Shown: positions 1 through 8,175 of the stretch, piece by piece | Layout of the letters: each line of letters opens with the position of its first letter | Numbering within the stretch: the stretch's first letter is position 1 | Origin: an uncultured virus (IMG/VR IMGVR_UViG_3300042556_002263) | Lineage: Duplodnaviria; Heunggongvirae; Uroviricota; Caudoviricetes | IMG/VR virus record: IMGVR_UViG_3300042556_002263 | Length of the DNA stretch: 20,000 nucleotides | Reading direction: 5' to 3' (one strand) | The notes under the pieces: model-generated | Told to the model about the DNA's origin: nothing | Databases searched by the model: none | Seen by the model: the letters and a program-made list of their open reading frames with translations, nothing else | Made by a program: the position numbers and the translations under genes

Positions 1-1
1 G

Positions 2-454
2 GCCAACTACAGGGTTGAAAAGGCATCAGAATCACCAGAAACAACCTCCGTCGTTTTCTTCCCAATCAAGTCTTCTGCCAAGCGTTCTGAAAAAGATGTA
101 ACCATCTTTGAAAAGATGTCACTTGCCGCTGTTGCGCAGAGGTACTGGTCTGATAATTCGGTGTCGGTTACAATATCTTTTGATGCAGAAAAAGAAAAAG
201 ACCAAATTGCAACCGTGCTTCATATGTATGACGGTCAACTTAAGACTGTTTCGTTTTTACCACAGGGTAATGAGACTTATCCACAGATGCCGTACACTCA
301 GATAACACGGGAAGAGTACGAAGAGGCTGCAAAATCCCTATTTCCCATTGACTTTTCTGGGGTTTATGCGGGAATGGCTGCAGATGCAATCGGAGAGTCT
401 TACTGCACAACGGATGCTTGTGAGATAAAATTTGTCAAAGACAATCAGGGATAA
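2..454 (+). CDS. nrdJ: Class II (adenosylcobalamin-dependent, monomeric RTPR-type) ribonucleotide reductase, C-terminal part (5'-truncated by the window)
   Basis: The frame is open from base 2 (ANYRVEKASESPETTSVVFFPIK...) into the 116..454 ORF. It contains QRYWSDNSVSVT, LKTVSFLP, YPQMPY..IT.EEY and a C-terminal CTTDAC redox pair resembling the Lactobacillus RTPR tail. Confidence 0.9.
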   Translation, partial: ANYRVEKASESPETTSVVFFPIKSSAKRSEKDVTIFEKMSLAAVAQRYWSDNSVSVTISFDAEKEKDQIATVLHMYDGQLKTVSFLPQGNETYPQMPYTQITREEYEEAAKSLFPIDFSGVYAGMAADAIGESYCTTDACEIKFVKDNQG

Positions 455-476
455 TTACAAACCAAAGCACACCCCT

Positions 477-526
477 GGTGTATCATTTACCCAGAAGGCG
501 CAAACAGCGCACTAGAGCACAGGAGA
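477..526 (+). promoter_or_regulatory. Putative -10 element (TATCAT, 481-486) and Shine-Dalgarno (AGGAG, 521-525) for the 531 gene
   Basis: Intergenic TATCAT lies about 45 nt before the ATG, and AGGAG lies 5 nt before ATG 531. No clear -35 element. Confidence 0.45.
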
Positions 527-530
527 CAAC

Positions 531-917
531 ATGTCAGCAATTATTTCACCAGAGACAATCACATTGACCATTCCCGGCACACTCGCTACATCTAGCATTG
601 TTACCATGGCAATGCCATTCAAGGGCATCATCACTGGCGCTTATGTTGCCGTGACAACCGCTCCAGTCGGCTCAGCCCTCACTGCAGACCTCAAGGTTGG
701 TGCAGATGTCGCTGCCGCCTTCTCAATCGCTGCTGCTGGCACCTCGGACGAGGGCACGCTGACCGCTGCTAACTGCGACTTCGCAAAGGGCGACCTTGTT
801 AGCCTCGATGTTTCAGCAGTTGGTTCAAGCACCGCTGGCGCAAACATGACAGTTTCTTTCACGGTAGCCGCATCGCACGATGCAGGCGCTCCGCTCGACT
901 GGGACGGCACGCTCTAA
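531..917 (+). CDS. Putative virion structural or capsid decoration-like beta-rich protein (128 aa)
   Basis: Strong RBS, Ala/Thr/Val/Gly-rich sequence with alternating beta-strand pattern (GIITGAYVAVTTAPVGS, DLVSLDVSAVGS, MTVSFTV), and C-ending codon bias like the capsid gene. Function is inferred. Confidence 0.55.
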   Translation: MSAIISPETITLTIPGTLATSSIVTMAMPFKGIITGAYVAVTTAPVGSALTADLKVGADVAAAFSIAAAGTSDEGTLTAANCDFAKGDLVSLDVSAVGSSTAGANMTVSFTVAASHDAGAPLDWDGTL

Positions 918-938
918 TTCCACACGCCTTCAGTAGTT

Positions 939-974
939 AACCCCGCTCCTGACGAGGGGCGGGGTTTCTGCTGT
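939..974 (+). terminator. Intrinsic terminator hairpin between convergent genes
   Basis: AACCCCGCTCCT-GACG-AGGGGCGGGGTT forms a 12-bp stem (one U-G pair that works on the + strand), followed by TCTGCTGT, shortly after the 917 stop. Confidence 0.8.
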
Positions 975-985
975 AACTAGACAGT

Positions 986-1438
986 TTATTTTTCTGTCTT
1001 TTCCTTAGTTGTAGGTCCACCGACAACCCATGCATCGCATGTTCTTTCAGAGTGGCACTTGAAGTCAAACGCTTCACAATACCCAATTTTTCCAGCATCA
1101 ATTACATCCCATGCTGAACCGGATTCATTTCCTAGACCACCCTCTATGCAGTTGAGCATCTTTGGTGTTCTCATGAAAAGAATACAGTTACCGCACAGTT
1201 GTTTTTTTGCTTCAGTTTCAGAAACATCCCATCTATTGCCCTTCTTTTTCCAAAACTCATTGTTTGGTTGGCGCGGGTTTAATGGTCCATACGCTGCGTC
1301 GTCGATTGCTTTCTGCCTATTTTTGATATTTACTTTTATATCTTGAGTAGCAGGTGGGCAGCCCTTCTCTGCTTTGATTTCAATTCCCTCAAAACGAAAA
1401 CCTTTTATTTCGCCAGAGTAGTTAGACCATGTACTCAT
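986..1438 (-). CDS. Cys-rich phage head-module protein (150 aa), probably metal-binding
   Basis: Contains CPPATQD, YGPLNP, CGNC and GYCEAFDFKCHSERTCDAW. ATGA overlap with the upstream gene. N-terminal leader shared with 13184..13813. Confidence 0.75.
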   Translation of the reverse strand: MSTWSNYSGEIKGFRFEGIEIKAEKGCPPATQDIKVNIKNRQKAIDDAAYGPLNPRQPNNEFWKKKGNRWDVSETEAKKQLCGNCILFMRTPKMLNCIEGGLGNESGSAWDVIDAGKIGYCEAFDFKCHSERTCDAWVVGGPTTKEKTEK

Positions 1439-2130
1439 TTCTTTTTTTTCTTGGCGTTCTGATATCGCTCAAGCATTCTTCTGCCTTTGGCAGCCAATTT
1501 CGCTGCGTCAGAAGCATCCTGTGGAACCGGCTCGCCCCATGCGGCAGCAGATAGTGCGAGTCTTGTTGGCCTTCCTTTTTCGTCCTTCATAGGTCCTGAT
1601 GGGTTGGAGAAGAATCTTGTCAAAAAAGAACCCTTGCGTCTCATTTTTTCTGGCGTATCGGCAGCGCCCCTTACTCCAGGCTTCAGGTTTGCACCCTCTG
1701 TTCTCTTGAAGTGCTTTCTTCCAGCAGCAGTCAAACCGCCCTTGGGGTCTCTAAGTTTTGCAGACTTGGTGAGCCATTCATTTCTTGAATGAAGTCTTGT
1801 TACCTGGTCATTTATTGTCTTTTTCTGCCACTGCTCGCCATAGTAGGAAACGGCAAGCCATTTAACTTGAGCGATACTTCCCGCTGGAGTTGCGTCTTCA
1901 AAGTGTCTCTTAATCCATGACTCTCTTAGTTCTAAAACTTCTACTTGTTCTGGTGTCTCGGCAACACCACCGTTTTCATAGATTGATGTAAGAACTTCAT
2001 GCACATAGTCACCCTTTGTGCCACCGCCAAGAGCCCACAGTTCCGGGTATTCTTCTTTCAGTTGTTGTGCGTATGTGGGGTCAAACAAATCCCACTGGCT
2101 CTCTGAAAATGAAAATATTGAATCAGTCAT
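1435..2130 (-). CDS. Two-domain phage protein (231 aa): acidic N-domain plus basic C-domain resembling DUF6321
   Basis: N-domain FDPTYAQQLKEEYPELWALGG..LRESWIKRHF..IAQVKW. After LTKSA comes KLRDPKGGLTAAGRKHF..NLKPGV..RRKGSFLTRF..GPMKDEKGRPTRLALS..W. The family name is recalled, not searched. Confidence 0.65.
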   Translation of the reverse strand: MTDSIFSFSESQWDLFDPTYAQQLKEEYPELWALGGGTKGDYVHEVLTSIYENGGVAETPEQVEVLELRESWIKRHFEDATPAGSIAQVKWLAVSYYGEQWQKKTINDQVTRLHSRNEWLTKSAKLRDPKGGLTAAGRKHFKRTEGANLKPGVRGAADTPEKMRRKGSFLTRFFSNPSGPMKDEKGRPTRLALSAAAWGEPVPQDASDAAKLAAKGRRMLERYQNAKKKKK

Positions 2131-2374
2131 TGCTCTTCCCCATGTATGAGTTCATTTCGTTTTTTGTTCTCATCCCCTGAGGCGTATTGGGGTCTAGTTC
2201 TGGTTTATCGATTCCAAAAACTGCCTTATACGCATCTCTGACTGGTGCTTCTGTTTGAAGTGTTGCGGCAAGAACCTTGAAGTCTTCTATTTTGTTGAAC
2301 ACATCCGCCATTTTCTTTTTTAGCGCTTTGATGTTTTCGGATTCAGAATTATTTTCGTCGTCAACATGGAGCAT
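2123..2374 (-). CDS. Hypothetical protein (83 aa)
   Basis: TAATG coupling to the upstream ORF and an 8-nt overlap with the downstream gene; helical, charged sequence. Confidence 0.65.
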   Translation of the reverse strand: MLHVDDENNSESENIKALKKKMADVFNKIEDFKVLAATLQTEAPVRDAYKAVFGIDKPELDPNTPQGMRTKNEMNSYMGKSND

Positions 2375-2565
2375 TAGATATCACGCTCCTTCTTTTTTTC
2401 GGCGCGAATCCATGGGTTGTTTGGGTTTGCCCCAGGATTGCTTGTCTTGTTTCTCTCAAGGAAATTTTCATATTCCTCTTCTGAGAATCCCTGTTTTAAC
2501 TCCTCTTCGAAGAACCTTCTCATCTTGAGTTTGTCCTTCATGGTTTCTCTACTCGGTGTCGTCAT
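2374..2565 (-). CDS. Hypothetical protein (63 aa; start could be 2541)
   Basis: Lies in the coupled minus-strand run with its stop overlapping the next ATG; highly charged. Confidence 0.6.
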   Translation of the reverse strand: MTTPSRETMKDKLKMRRFFEEELKQGFSEEEYENFLERNKTSNPGANPNNPWIRAEKKKERDI

Positions 2566-2710
2566 AGTCGTCTTTGTCTGTCTTTCTTTTCTTGGGAGGC
2601 AACTTTATTCCGTTGTCCAATGCCCAGTCCTCGTAGTCGTCGGGTACGCCCTGTGAGTCTCTAGCGTATCTTAGATACTCTTCTATGTTGTCTCGTTCTT
2701 TTCTTGACAT
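2549..2710 (-). CDS. Small hypothetical protein (53 aa) absent from the ORF track
   Basis: Manual translation: MSRKERDNIEEYLRYARDSQGVPDDYEDWALDNGIKLPPKKRKTDKDDYDDTE*. It fills the gap after the capsid terminator and has GAGTG upstream. Confidence 0.65.
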   Translation of the reverse strand: MSRKERDNIEEYLRYARDSQGVPDDYEDWALDNGIKLPPKKRKTDKDDYDDTE

Positions 2711-2744
2711 ATATTCACTCTGTTAAATGCACTGAGTTTTTACC

Positions 2745-2797
2745 ATAATAACAGAGAACCCCCCCACCGGAATTAACCAGCGAGGGGGTCCCTGTTA
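2745..2797 (-). terminator. Intrinsic terminator after the major capsid gene; its tail overlaps a possible extended -10 (TGT-TATTAT)
   Basis: Minus strand reads AACAGGGACCCCCTCGCTGG-TTAATT-CCGGTGGGGGGGTTCTCTGTT-ATTAT, a long G-C/G-U stem just downstream of the capsid stop. Confidence 0.75.
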
Positions 2798-2810
2798 GTA
2801 GTTGTTTTTA

Positions 2811-4148
2811 TCAGTCAGGTGCGCCGTCGAAAGTCACCTTAACGAATGACTCTGGACGCTTGACTGCGAGAGCGAGACGCTGCTCGGCGAGGATGACGAT
2901 TGCGTTGCGGACGAAGAAGTCAGCATGCTGTTCCGAGATTCGGATGTTCGCCTGCTCGCGGTCGTACAGTTGAGCACCTGTACCGAATGCGCCGACAAGT
3001 GCGACACCCTCGGTCATTGCTGGTGACTCTACGACTGGCAGACGCCAAACCTTTGGCTCGCCACCGAGAGCGACAGACACAGCGACCAGGTACTGGCCGT
3101 TTGAGTCCTTGGTCAGTTCGATGTCTTCCCAGTCGTTAGGGTGGAGAACCACGCCTGACGGCTCGTAGTAGGCAAGGAACGACAGTGTCGCTGCACGACG
3201 GATTGCGTCAGCCTTTGTGTCGGCTACAGGAAGGGTTGCACCGTCTGACCAGTCATAGGTCTGGATGCCGCTTGTCTGCAGAACGCCGGTCAGGTTCTCA
3301 CCGTTGCCGTCGCCATGAAGAATCTGAGCGTCCTCCTGAAGACGGAGACCGTACATCAACTCGTTGTCGATGATTGAACGCAGTTGTGGCTCGTCGGCAA
3401 GAACGTTGCGGTGAGCAGCCTCCCAGTGAGCAATGGTGCGAACTGGAGCCTGATGACCCTCGAACACCATTGAAGACTGTGGCTTAGCAGCGAAGTTCGT
3501 GTTACCGGCGTTTCTTTCAGCCACAGTAGCAGCGTTGTTTGTGCCACCACCGACTGAGGTGAAGCCGAGCATACGGAAGTACTCGATGACCGCAGCAGTT
3601 GTGGTGCGGCTTGGGAAGAGGTCGCGAACTCTCTTGACTCTCTGCGGAGGCATCACCATTGGGTCACGCTGTACTGAACCGAAGTCAGCAGCAGCACCGC
3701 GAGCAAGTGTGCCCGAAGGAGTTGTGGTGTAGATGTCCTTGAAACGGAGGTCTGAAGTGAGCGAAGCGCCAATCTGGAAAGGCGAAGGCATGTTTGCGCC
3801 GTTGCGTCCACCGTTAAGAGCCTTGAACTCTGGTGAAGCGAGGAACAAATCGCCGATGCTCTTGTTGCCGATGCCCTTAACCGAGTAACCAGCAGCAGCG
3901 GCAGCAGCAACTGACTCTGCAGGAGCCTGTGAGCCCCAGTTCTCTACGGTGGTCATTGCCTCAAGGCCCTCGATGAGTCCCTTGATTTCCTTGATGTCGG
4001 CCATGTTCTTGTCGAACGCGGTCTTTTGTGAAGCAGAAACGACAACTGTGCCGTCTTCTACGCGGAATGAGTCTGCAATCGCCTTGTTATCGGCCATCTT
4101 GGTCCGAAGGGCTGACTGCAATTCTGAAAGTCTTGCTTGGTCTGACAT
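2811..4148 (-). CDS. Major capsid protein, HK97 fold, with N-terminal coiled-coil (delta/scaffold-like) domain
   Basis: Contains RVRDLFP, VAE..KPQS, PVRTIAHW, LADEPQLRSIIDNELMYGL..EDAQILHGDG.GENLTG, VLHPNDWEDIELTKDSNGQYL and FVRNAIVILAEQRLALAVKRPESFV. AGGAG RBS at 4155-4159. Confidence 0.95.
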   Translation of the reverse strand: MSDQARLSELQSALRTKMADNKAIADSFRVEDGTVVVSASQKTAFDKNMADIKEIKGLIEGLEAMTTVENWGSQAPAESVAAAAAAGYSVKGIGNKSIGDLFLASPEFKALNGGRNGANMPSPFQIGASLTSDLRFKDIYTTTPSGTLARGAAADFGSVQRDPMVMPPQRVKRVRDLFPSRTTTAAVIEYFRMLGFTSVGGGTNNAATVAERNAGNTNFAAKPQSSMVFEGHQAPVRTIAHWEAAHRNVLADEPQLRSIIDNELMYGLRLQEDAQILHGDGNGENLTGVLQTSGIQTYDWSDGATLPVADTKADAIRRAATLSFLAYYEPSGVVLHPNDWEDIELTKDSNGQYLVAVSVALGGEPKVWRLPVVESPAMTEGVALVGAFGTGAQLYDREQANIRISEQHADFFVRNAIVILAEQRLALAVKRPESFVKVTFDGAPD

Positions 4149-4154
4149 TTTTTT

Positions 4155-4235
4155 CTCCTGGTTGAAGTTGATTTGTGTTGAACTATTTGGATGGCCCAGG
4201 TAAGCACCAAGCCCTGTAATTGAAAATAATAACGC
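4155..4235 (-). promoter_or_regulatory. Putative capsid-gene promoter (-10 TATTAT at 4226-4231), leader hairpin and RBS
   Basis: AT-rich intergenic region with GCGT-TATTAT, leader hairpin GGCTT-GGT-GCTT-ACC-T-GGGCC (about 4193-4213), and AGGAG before the ATG. Confidence 0.5.
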
Positions 4236-4266
4236 TATTTATTGTTACGCAGTGCAAGTATTGTGA

Positions 4267-4515
4267 TTATTCGGAATGTTTTTTATCTCTAGAAATAAAA
4301 GGCTTGAAGAGGTCTGAAGTCACCGTGCTTGAATCGACGTCAATTAAATCAAATAAATCTTCAAAAATGCCGTCAATCGTAGGCTTAATTTCCTCAAGTG
4401 CGTCTGCCCGCTCGTCTTGGCCAGTTGCCCTCAAAACAGCAATGAATCGTTCGATTTCATCTATTTTCATTTTCTGAAGTTCAGAAGGAGTTGCTTTCGA
4501 ATTAAACGATGTCAT
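4267..4515 (-). CDS. Small hypothetical protein (82 aa from ATG 4515), possible partner or immunity protein of the upstream effector
   Basis: ATG 4515 overlaps the TGA of the 1108-aa gene (ATGA), which is more plausible than the track start at 4593 inside that gene. Confidence 0.6.
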   Translation of the reverse strand: MTSFNSKATPSELQKMKIDEIERFIAVLRATGQDERADALEEIKPTIDGIFEDLFDLIDVDSSTVTSDLFKPFISRDKKHSE

Positions 4516-7500
4516 TTCTTCCTCATTGTCTTTATTTCCAAACCTGGTGTTCCCTGTCTTTCTGGATAGGATAGACCAAGCAAGGCTATCCATCTTCCCC
4601 TCGGTATGGACGGGAATAGTTTTTCCAATAAATCAACAGTTGATTTATCTATTGTCGAAATATTATTGTTTGCCCTTGTTCTTTCGGAGGGTTTTGACGT
4701 AATAGTTCTGCCAACCTCCGCTATCAATTCATGCACTCCATATCTGGCATATTCAGAATATCTCTTGGCAACATCATCAAATATTCCGCCTCTGTCTCGA
4801 ATTATGTCAGTAATCATGCTGTCTTTTCTGCCAAATAACATTTCGTCTATTAGGGCATCTAATGAAAGCGTAATTTGAAGCATGTTGTTTTGAAGTACGT
4901 CTTCTACCATTTCAAGCGCTTTTGCTTTAATCTGCGGTTCCGTAAGTCCTGTATATTGCTTTTTTACTTCGCGTATTGCGTCTTCCAAGAATCTTGCTTC
5001 TATATATTTTGGTAAATCTACGCCTGCAAAAATTTTTCTTACCACTGCTCCTGGGTCACTTGCTAATTGCTCAAGACCTTTTATGTATGTATCAAATCTT
5101 GCATCAAAAGTTTGAGGGTCTACCGCCATCATTACCGAATCTAGATAATGAAACCATTCATGTCTCAATGTTTCTTGAACAAAATCAAACTTTTTGTCGT
5201 CAAAACTTGAGCCAATGGCCTCATGTTTGCCCTTTTTTATGTGCTCTCTGCCGATAACAATAAGTGCTGCAAATGGAGTATGGTATGCAGATGCATTGCC
5301 CATTGGACCACCCTCTGGCCTGCCATCCCCATTAATCATCATTGGCAAACCAAACTCCTCAACCAGGCTTCTGAATGCAGGATTATCAGTAAGTTCGTCT
5401 TCGAGAACTTTTCTAAGTTTTTCTTGCTCACGAGGGTCATATCCAATATTGGAAAGTATTGTTTTAAGTTTCCAATTTCTATTGCCTGAATCTGAAATTA
5501 TTGAATACCTTAATGCTGGTATTGAGTCAAAAAGTCTGTCGTAAAACTCGTCTTCCGTTTCGTTGCTTCCCCTTATTGGGACAAACTGTTCAACAACTTC
5601 CCTAATTCCCTTCGGTGTATCAAGTCTTCCGCGAAGAGACAGTCTTTCTATGCTTATTGGAGATGGTGGACCAGCAACCGCACCCATTGCCTCCTCTCTT
5701 TTGTAGACCCCACCATCTGCAATCATCTGAAGTTTCTTTGACAGATATACGTCAGTATTTTTAGGTGAACCGTCTTTATGTTTTGTAATTCTGTTGTTCA
5801 GCCTTTGTATAAAACGCTGAATTCTTGCCTCTATCTTTCTGTCTATGCCTGGCAGTGTGGATATAGACGTCTGAGCCCCAGTTCCCGGTTGTGTCCCAAA
5901 TGGACTTGACCCACCAACTCTCCCCTGCTGGCTTCCTGGTTTATTTTTAGGAGGCGTGTATCTAGAGCCTTTTTTCTTTTTAGAAGAAGAAGCAAACCCC
6001 ATAAACTCATCTGATTCTTTGAGTGCTTCTTGCGCTTCATCTGAAAGAACTGATTTATCGCCAGGCTTTGGCTCTAGCGGATTACCGTTCATAAACTCAT
6101 CAAGTTTTTTTTGGTCAAAAACTTCTAGTTTTCCATCTTTGAAGGATGCCAATAGTCTCGGTGGTTTTCCCGGCTCTACCTCGTTATCCCATATATAAAA
6201 TTCGTCCACTTCACCATTAGCAACAGCAGAAGAAACCATTCTTGGAATAGAGCGAGCAAAATGGTCTGTTTGGTCAGGTATTTTTCTGCCTTGGTCTTTT
6301 TCTCTTTGTCGCAATCTGCGTGATGCCTCCGCCTGCGAAACATGAACCCAATGCGCAACAACTCTGTCGCCATTCCGTCGTGCTTGTGCAATTAATGCTC
6401 TCTGTCTTGTTGAGCCAGCACCAGTTGCAACTACGTCAGAACCATCTTTTCTTGCATCATCAATTGTATGCTGTGCTGCCCTAAGTGATTCATCATGGAC
6501 CATTGGCGCACCAGCGCCATCGCTATATCCGGGTAAGCCCATTTTTATAAAATCTGGGTCAACATGGGCGGCTTCATCTCTTGCTGGAACAAGACCTTTT
6601 GGAACAAGATGGTCGTCTAGGACCGTTGTTTTGCCACCTCCAGTTGTTCCACCAATCAAATATGTTGTTCTCTGTTTTTTGCCTTTATTTTTTGGCTTAA
6701 CAAGACCGCGAATTAGTTGACCCATTTTCTTTCCACCGAGGTTTCTGAATGGGTTTGTCGGCGATGCGTCTGGGTTTTCCAAACCTTCTATGCCAAAGTC
6801 TTCGCTCTTTATTGGCTTTGAAGTTGAAGCAAAACCTCTCGTGCTTCTGCTTCTCACGGAGAAGTTTTCAATTGGTTCACCAAATAATTGTTGTCTGCGG
6901 GAAGATGATGTTTTATCAAACCACGAAGCAACAGCATCTATTGAAGATTGAGAAATTGGTTTTTGTTCTGACTGGGCCGGGAGTTTTGGTTTTGGAATAT
7001 TTGGTCTTTCAAATGCTGAACCATCTTGCAATAGGCCGTCTCCGTCTCCGTCCTCAGCATTCGGGTCAAATCTTTGTGTGATTGTTCTTGCTGCGAATCT
7101 AGACACTCCAGAGATTTTTGGACCAATAGCCTTGCCCATTATTTCCTCGACAAGACTCTTTTTTCTTTTTTTCAACTCTTGCGATAAAACAGTCCTGATT
7201 ACCTTCTGGGTATTCTTTTCTTGATTTAAGCGACCAAGCGATGTCATGCCGGTTAGGTTGTTGTAATCCGTCATGTTTGTACATGGCATCCAGACTATTT
7301 TTCCAGACTTAGACATTCTTCTACTGACGCCTATGCAGCCAAGTTGTCTTGCTCTTCTACGCGCAGATTCTATGTCTGTAAATACATCGGTGTCATTGTC
7401 TCTCGGAGAGTACTGCTCTGACTTTTCTTCAAGAGATTTTGTTGCAAAACCGCCAGGAACATTTGGTGGATTTGGATTTCCGTGAAATATCCCCGGTATA

Positions 7501-7838
7501 CGACCGCCGCTTACTATTCCAACCGGATTTCCGGGCTTGCCATTCCATGATGTTAGCCCTACGCCTGGCGTGCTGTTTATTCCGCCAACGCCTCTTTCGC
7601 GTAGGTTTTCCCAGCGTCTTTTTTTTCTTTTGCCCTTCTTTTTTCTTCTAGAAGAGCGTTTTTCCATCTCAAGTATTGTTGTTCTTGACTTAACAGACAT
7701 GGGTTCAGTGAGCGACATGTACTGTTTTATTGAGGAACAGGGAATCCATTCACCTCTTGTGTTTTGATGCGCGCCAGAGCAACCAATCTGGGCAGCCCGT
7801 CTTATTGCAAGCAGTTTTGAAACGAAACCATTTTCCAC
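4512..7838 (-). CDS. Multidomain protein (1108 aa): two DUF3721-like repeats, DGDGDG tag, zeta-toxin-like P-loop kinase, C-terminal HExxH zincin metallopeptidase
   Basis: Repeats A..RA.Q[IL]GC.G...W[IM]PC. Walker A GTTGGGKT after a hydrophobic strand, then HVDPDFIK, VHDES and A.RR..R...GRKIP. HEWFH at 5148-5162 with downstream YSEYA..HELIAE. Confidence 0.8.
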   Translation of the reverse strand: MENGFVSKLLAIRRAAQIGCSGAHQNTRGEWIPCSSIKQYMSLTEPMSVKSRTTILEMEKRSSRRKKKGKRKKRRWENLRERGVGGINSTPGVGLTSWNGKPGNPVGIVSGGRIPGIFHGNPNPPNVPGGFATKSLEEKSEQYSPRDNDTDVFTDIESARRRARQLGCIGVSRRMSKSGKIVWMPCTNMTDYNNLTGMTSLGRLNQEKNTQKVIRTVLSQELKKRKKSLVEEIMGKAIGPKISGVSRFAARTITQRFDPNAEDGDGDGLLQDGSAFERPNIPKPKLPAQSEQKPISQSSIDAVASWFDKTSSSRRQQLFGEPIENFSVRSRSTRGFASTSKPIKSEDFGIEGLENPDASPTNPFRNLGGKKMGQLIRGLVKPKNKGKKQRTTYLIGGTTGGGKTTVLDDHLVPKGLVPARDEAAHVDPDFIKMGLPGYSDGAGAPMVHDESLRAAQHTIDDARKDGSDVVATGAGSTRQRALIAQARRNGDRVVAHWVHVSQAEASRRLRQREKDQGRKIPDQTDHFARSIPRMVSSAVANGEVDEFYIWDNEVEPGKPPRLLASFKDGKLEVFDQKKLDEFMNGNPLEPKPGDKSVLSDEAQEALKESDEFMGFASSSKKKKGSRYTPPKNKPGSQQGRVGGSSPFGTQPGTGAQTSISTLPGIDRKIEARIQRFIQRLNNRITKHKDGSPKNTDVYLSKKLQMIADGGVYKREEAMGAVAGPPSPISIERLSLRGRLDTPKGIREVVEQFVPIRGSNETEDEFYDRLFDSIPALRYSIISDSGNRNWKLKTILSNIGYDPREQEKLRKVLEDELTDNPAFRSLVEEFGLPMMINGDGRPEGGPMGNASAYHTPFAALIVIGREHIKKGKHEAIGSSFDDKKFDFVQETLRHEWFHYLDSVMMAVDPQTFDARFDTYIKGLEQLASDPGAVVRKIFAGVDLPKYIEARFLEDAIREVKKQYTGLTEPQIKAKALEMVEDVLQNNMLQITLSLDALIDEMLFGRKDSMITDIIRDRGGIFDDVAKRYSEYARYGVHELIAEVGRTITSKPSERTRANNNISTIDKSTVDLLEKLFPSIPRGRWIALLGLSYPERQGTPGLEIKTMRKK

Positions 7839-7843
7839 ATTAA

Positions 7844-8173
7844 TCAGAACAAACCTGTTGGTAAGTCCCCGTCATCCATTGGGTCAACATTCTCTCGACC
7901 CTCCATCTTGAGAACTGCTTTTTGCGCCTCTTCTGGTTTATCGGCATACCTCTTTTGATACAAACGGGCTTCCTCTAGGTCGTCTGCCCATTTTGCTTCG
8001 AGAGTGGAGTACATTCTCTCCATGCCACCCTCTTCTCCAGAAGCAGAAAGTATTCTCTCTGTCTCCTTTTGAACATCCTGCTTGTACTCTTTTCTCTTTT
8101 TAAGAGATGTAGTAAAAGGAGGCCAATCAAGAATAAGTGAGTATTCTTTATGCTTTGACATGAACTCTTCCAC
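7844..8173 (-). CDS. Small charged hypothetical protein (109 aa; start may be ATG 8161)
   Basis: Packed between two large genes with gaps of 2 and 5 nt; Glu/Asp/Lys-rich. Confidence 0.65.
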   Translation of the reverse strand: MEEFMSKHKEYSLILDWPPFTTSLKKRKEYKQDVQKETERILSASGEEGGMERMYSTLEAKWADDLEEARLYQKRYADKPEEAQKAVLKMEGRENVDPMDDGDLPTGLF

Positions 8174-8175
8174 TT

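Noticed and set aside
4516..4593. Track start at 4593 for the 108-aa ORF
   Set aside because: It overlaps deep into the 1108-aa gene; ATG 4515 gives the ATGA coupling seen elsewhere in the operon.
7611..7662. NLS-like basic tract suggesting a eukaryotic host
   Set aside because: Shine-Dalgarno sites, coupled operons, intrinsic terminators and an HK97 capsid indicate a prokaryotic virus; nucleic-acid binding is a simpler explanation.
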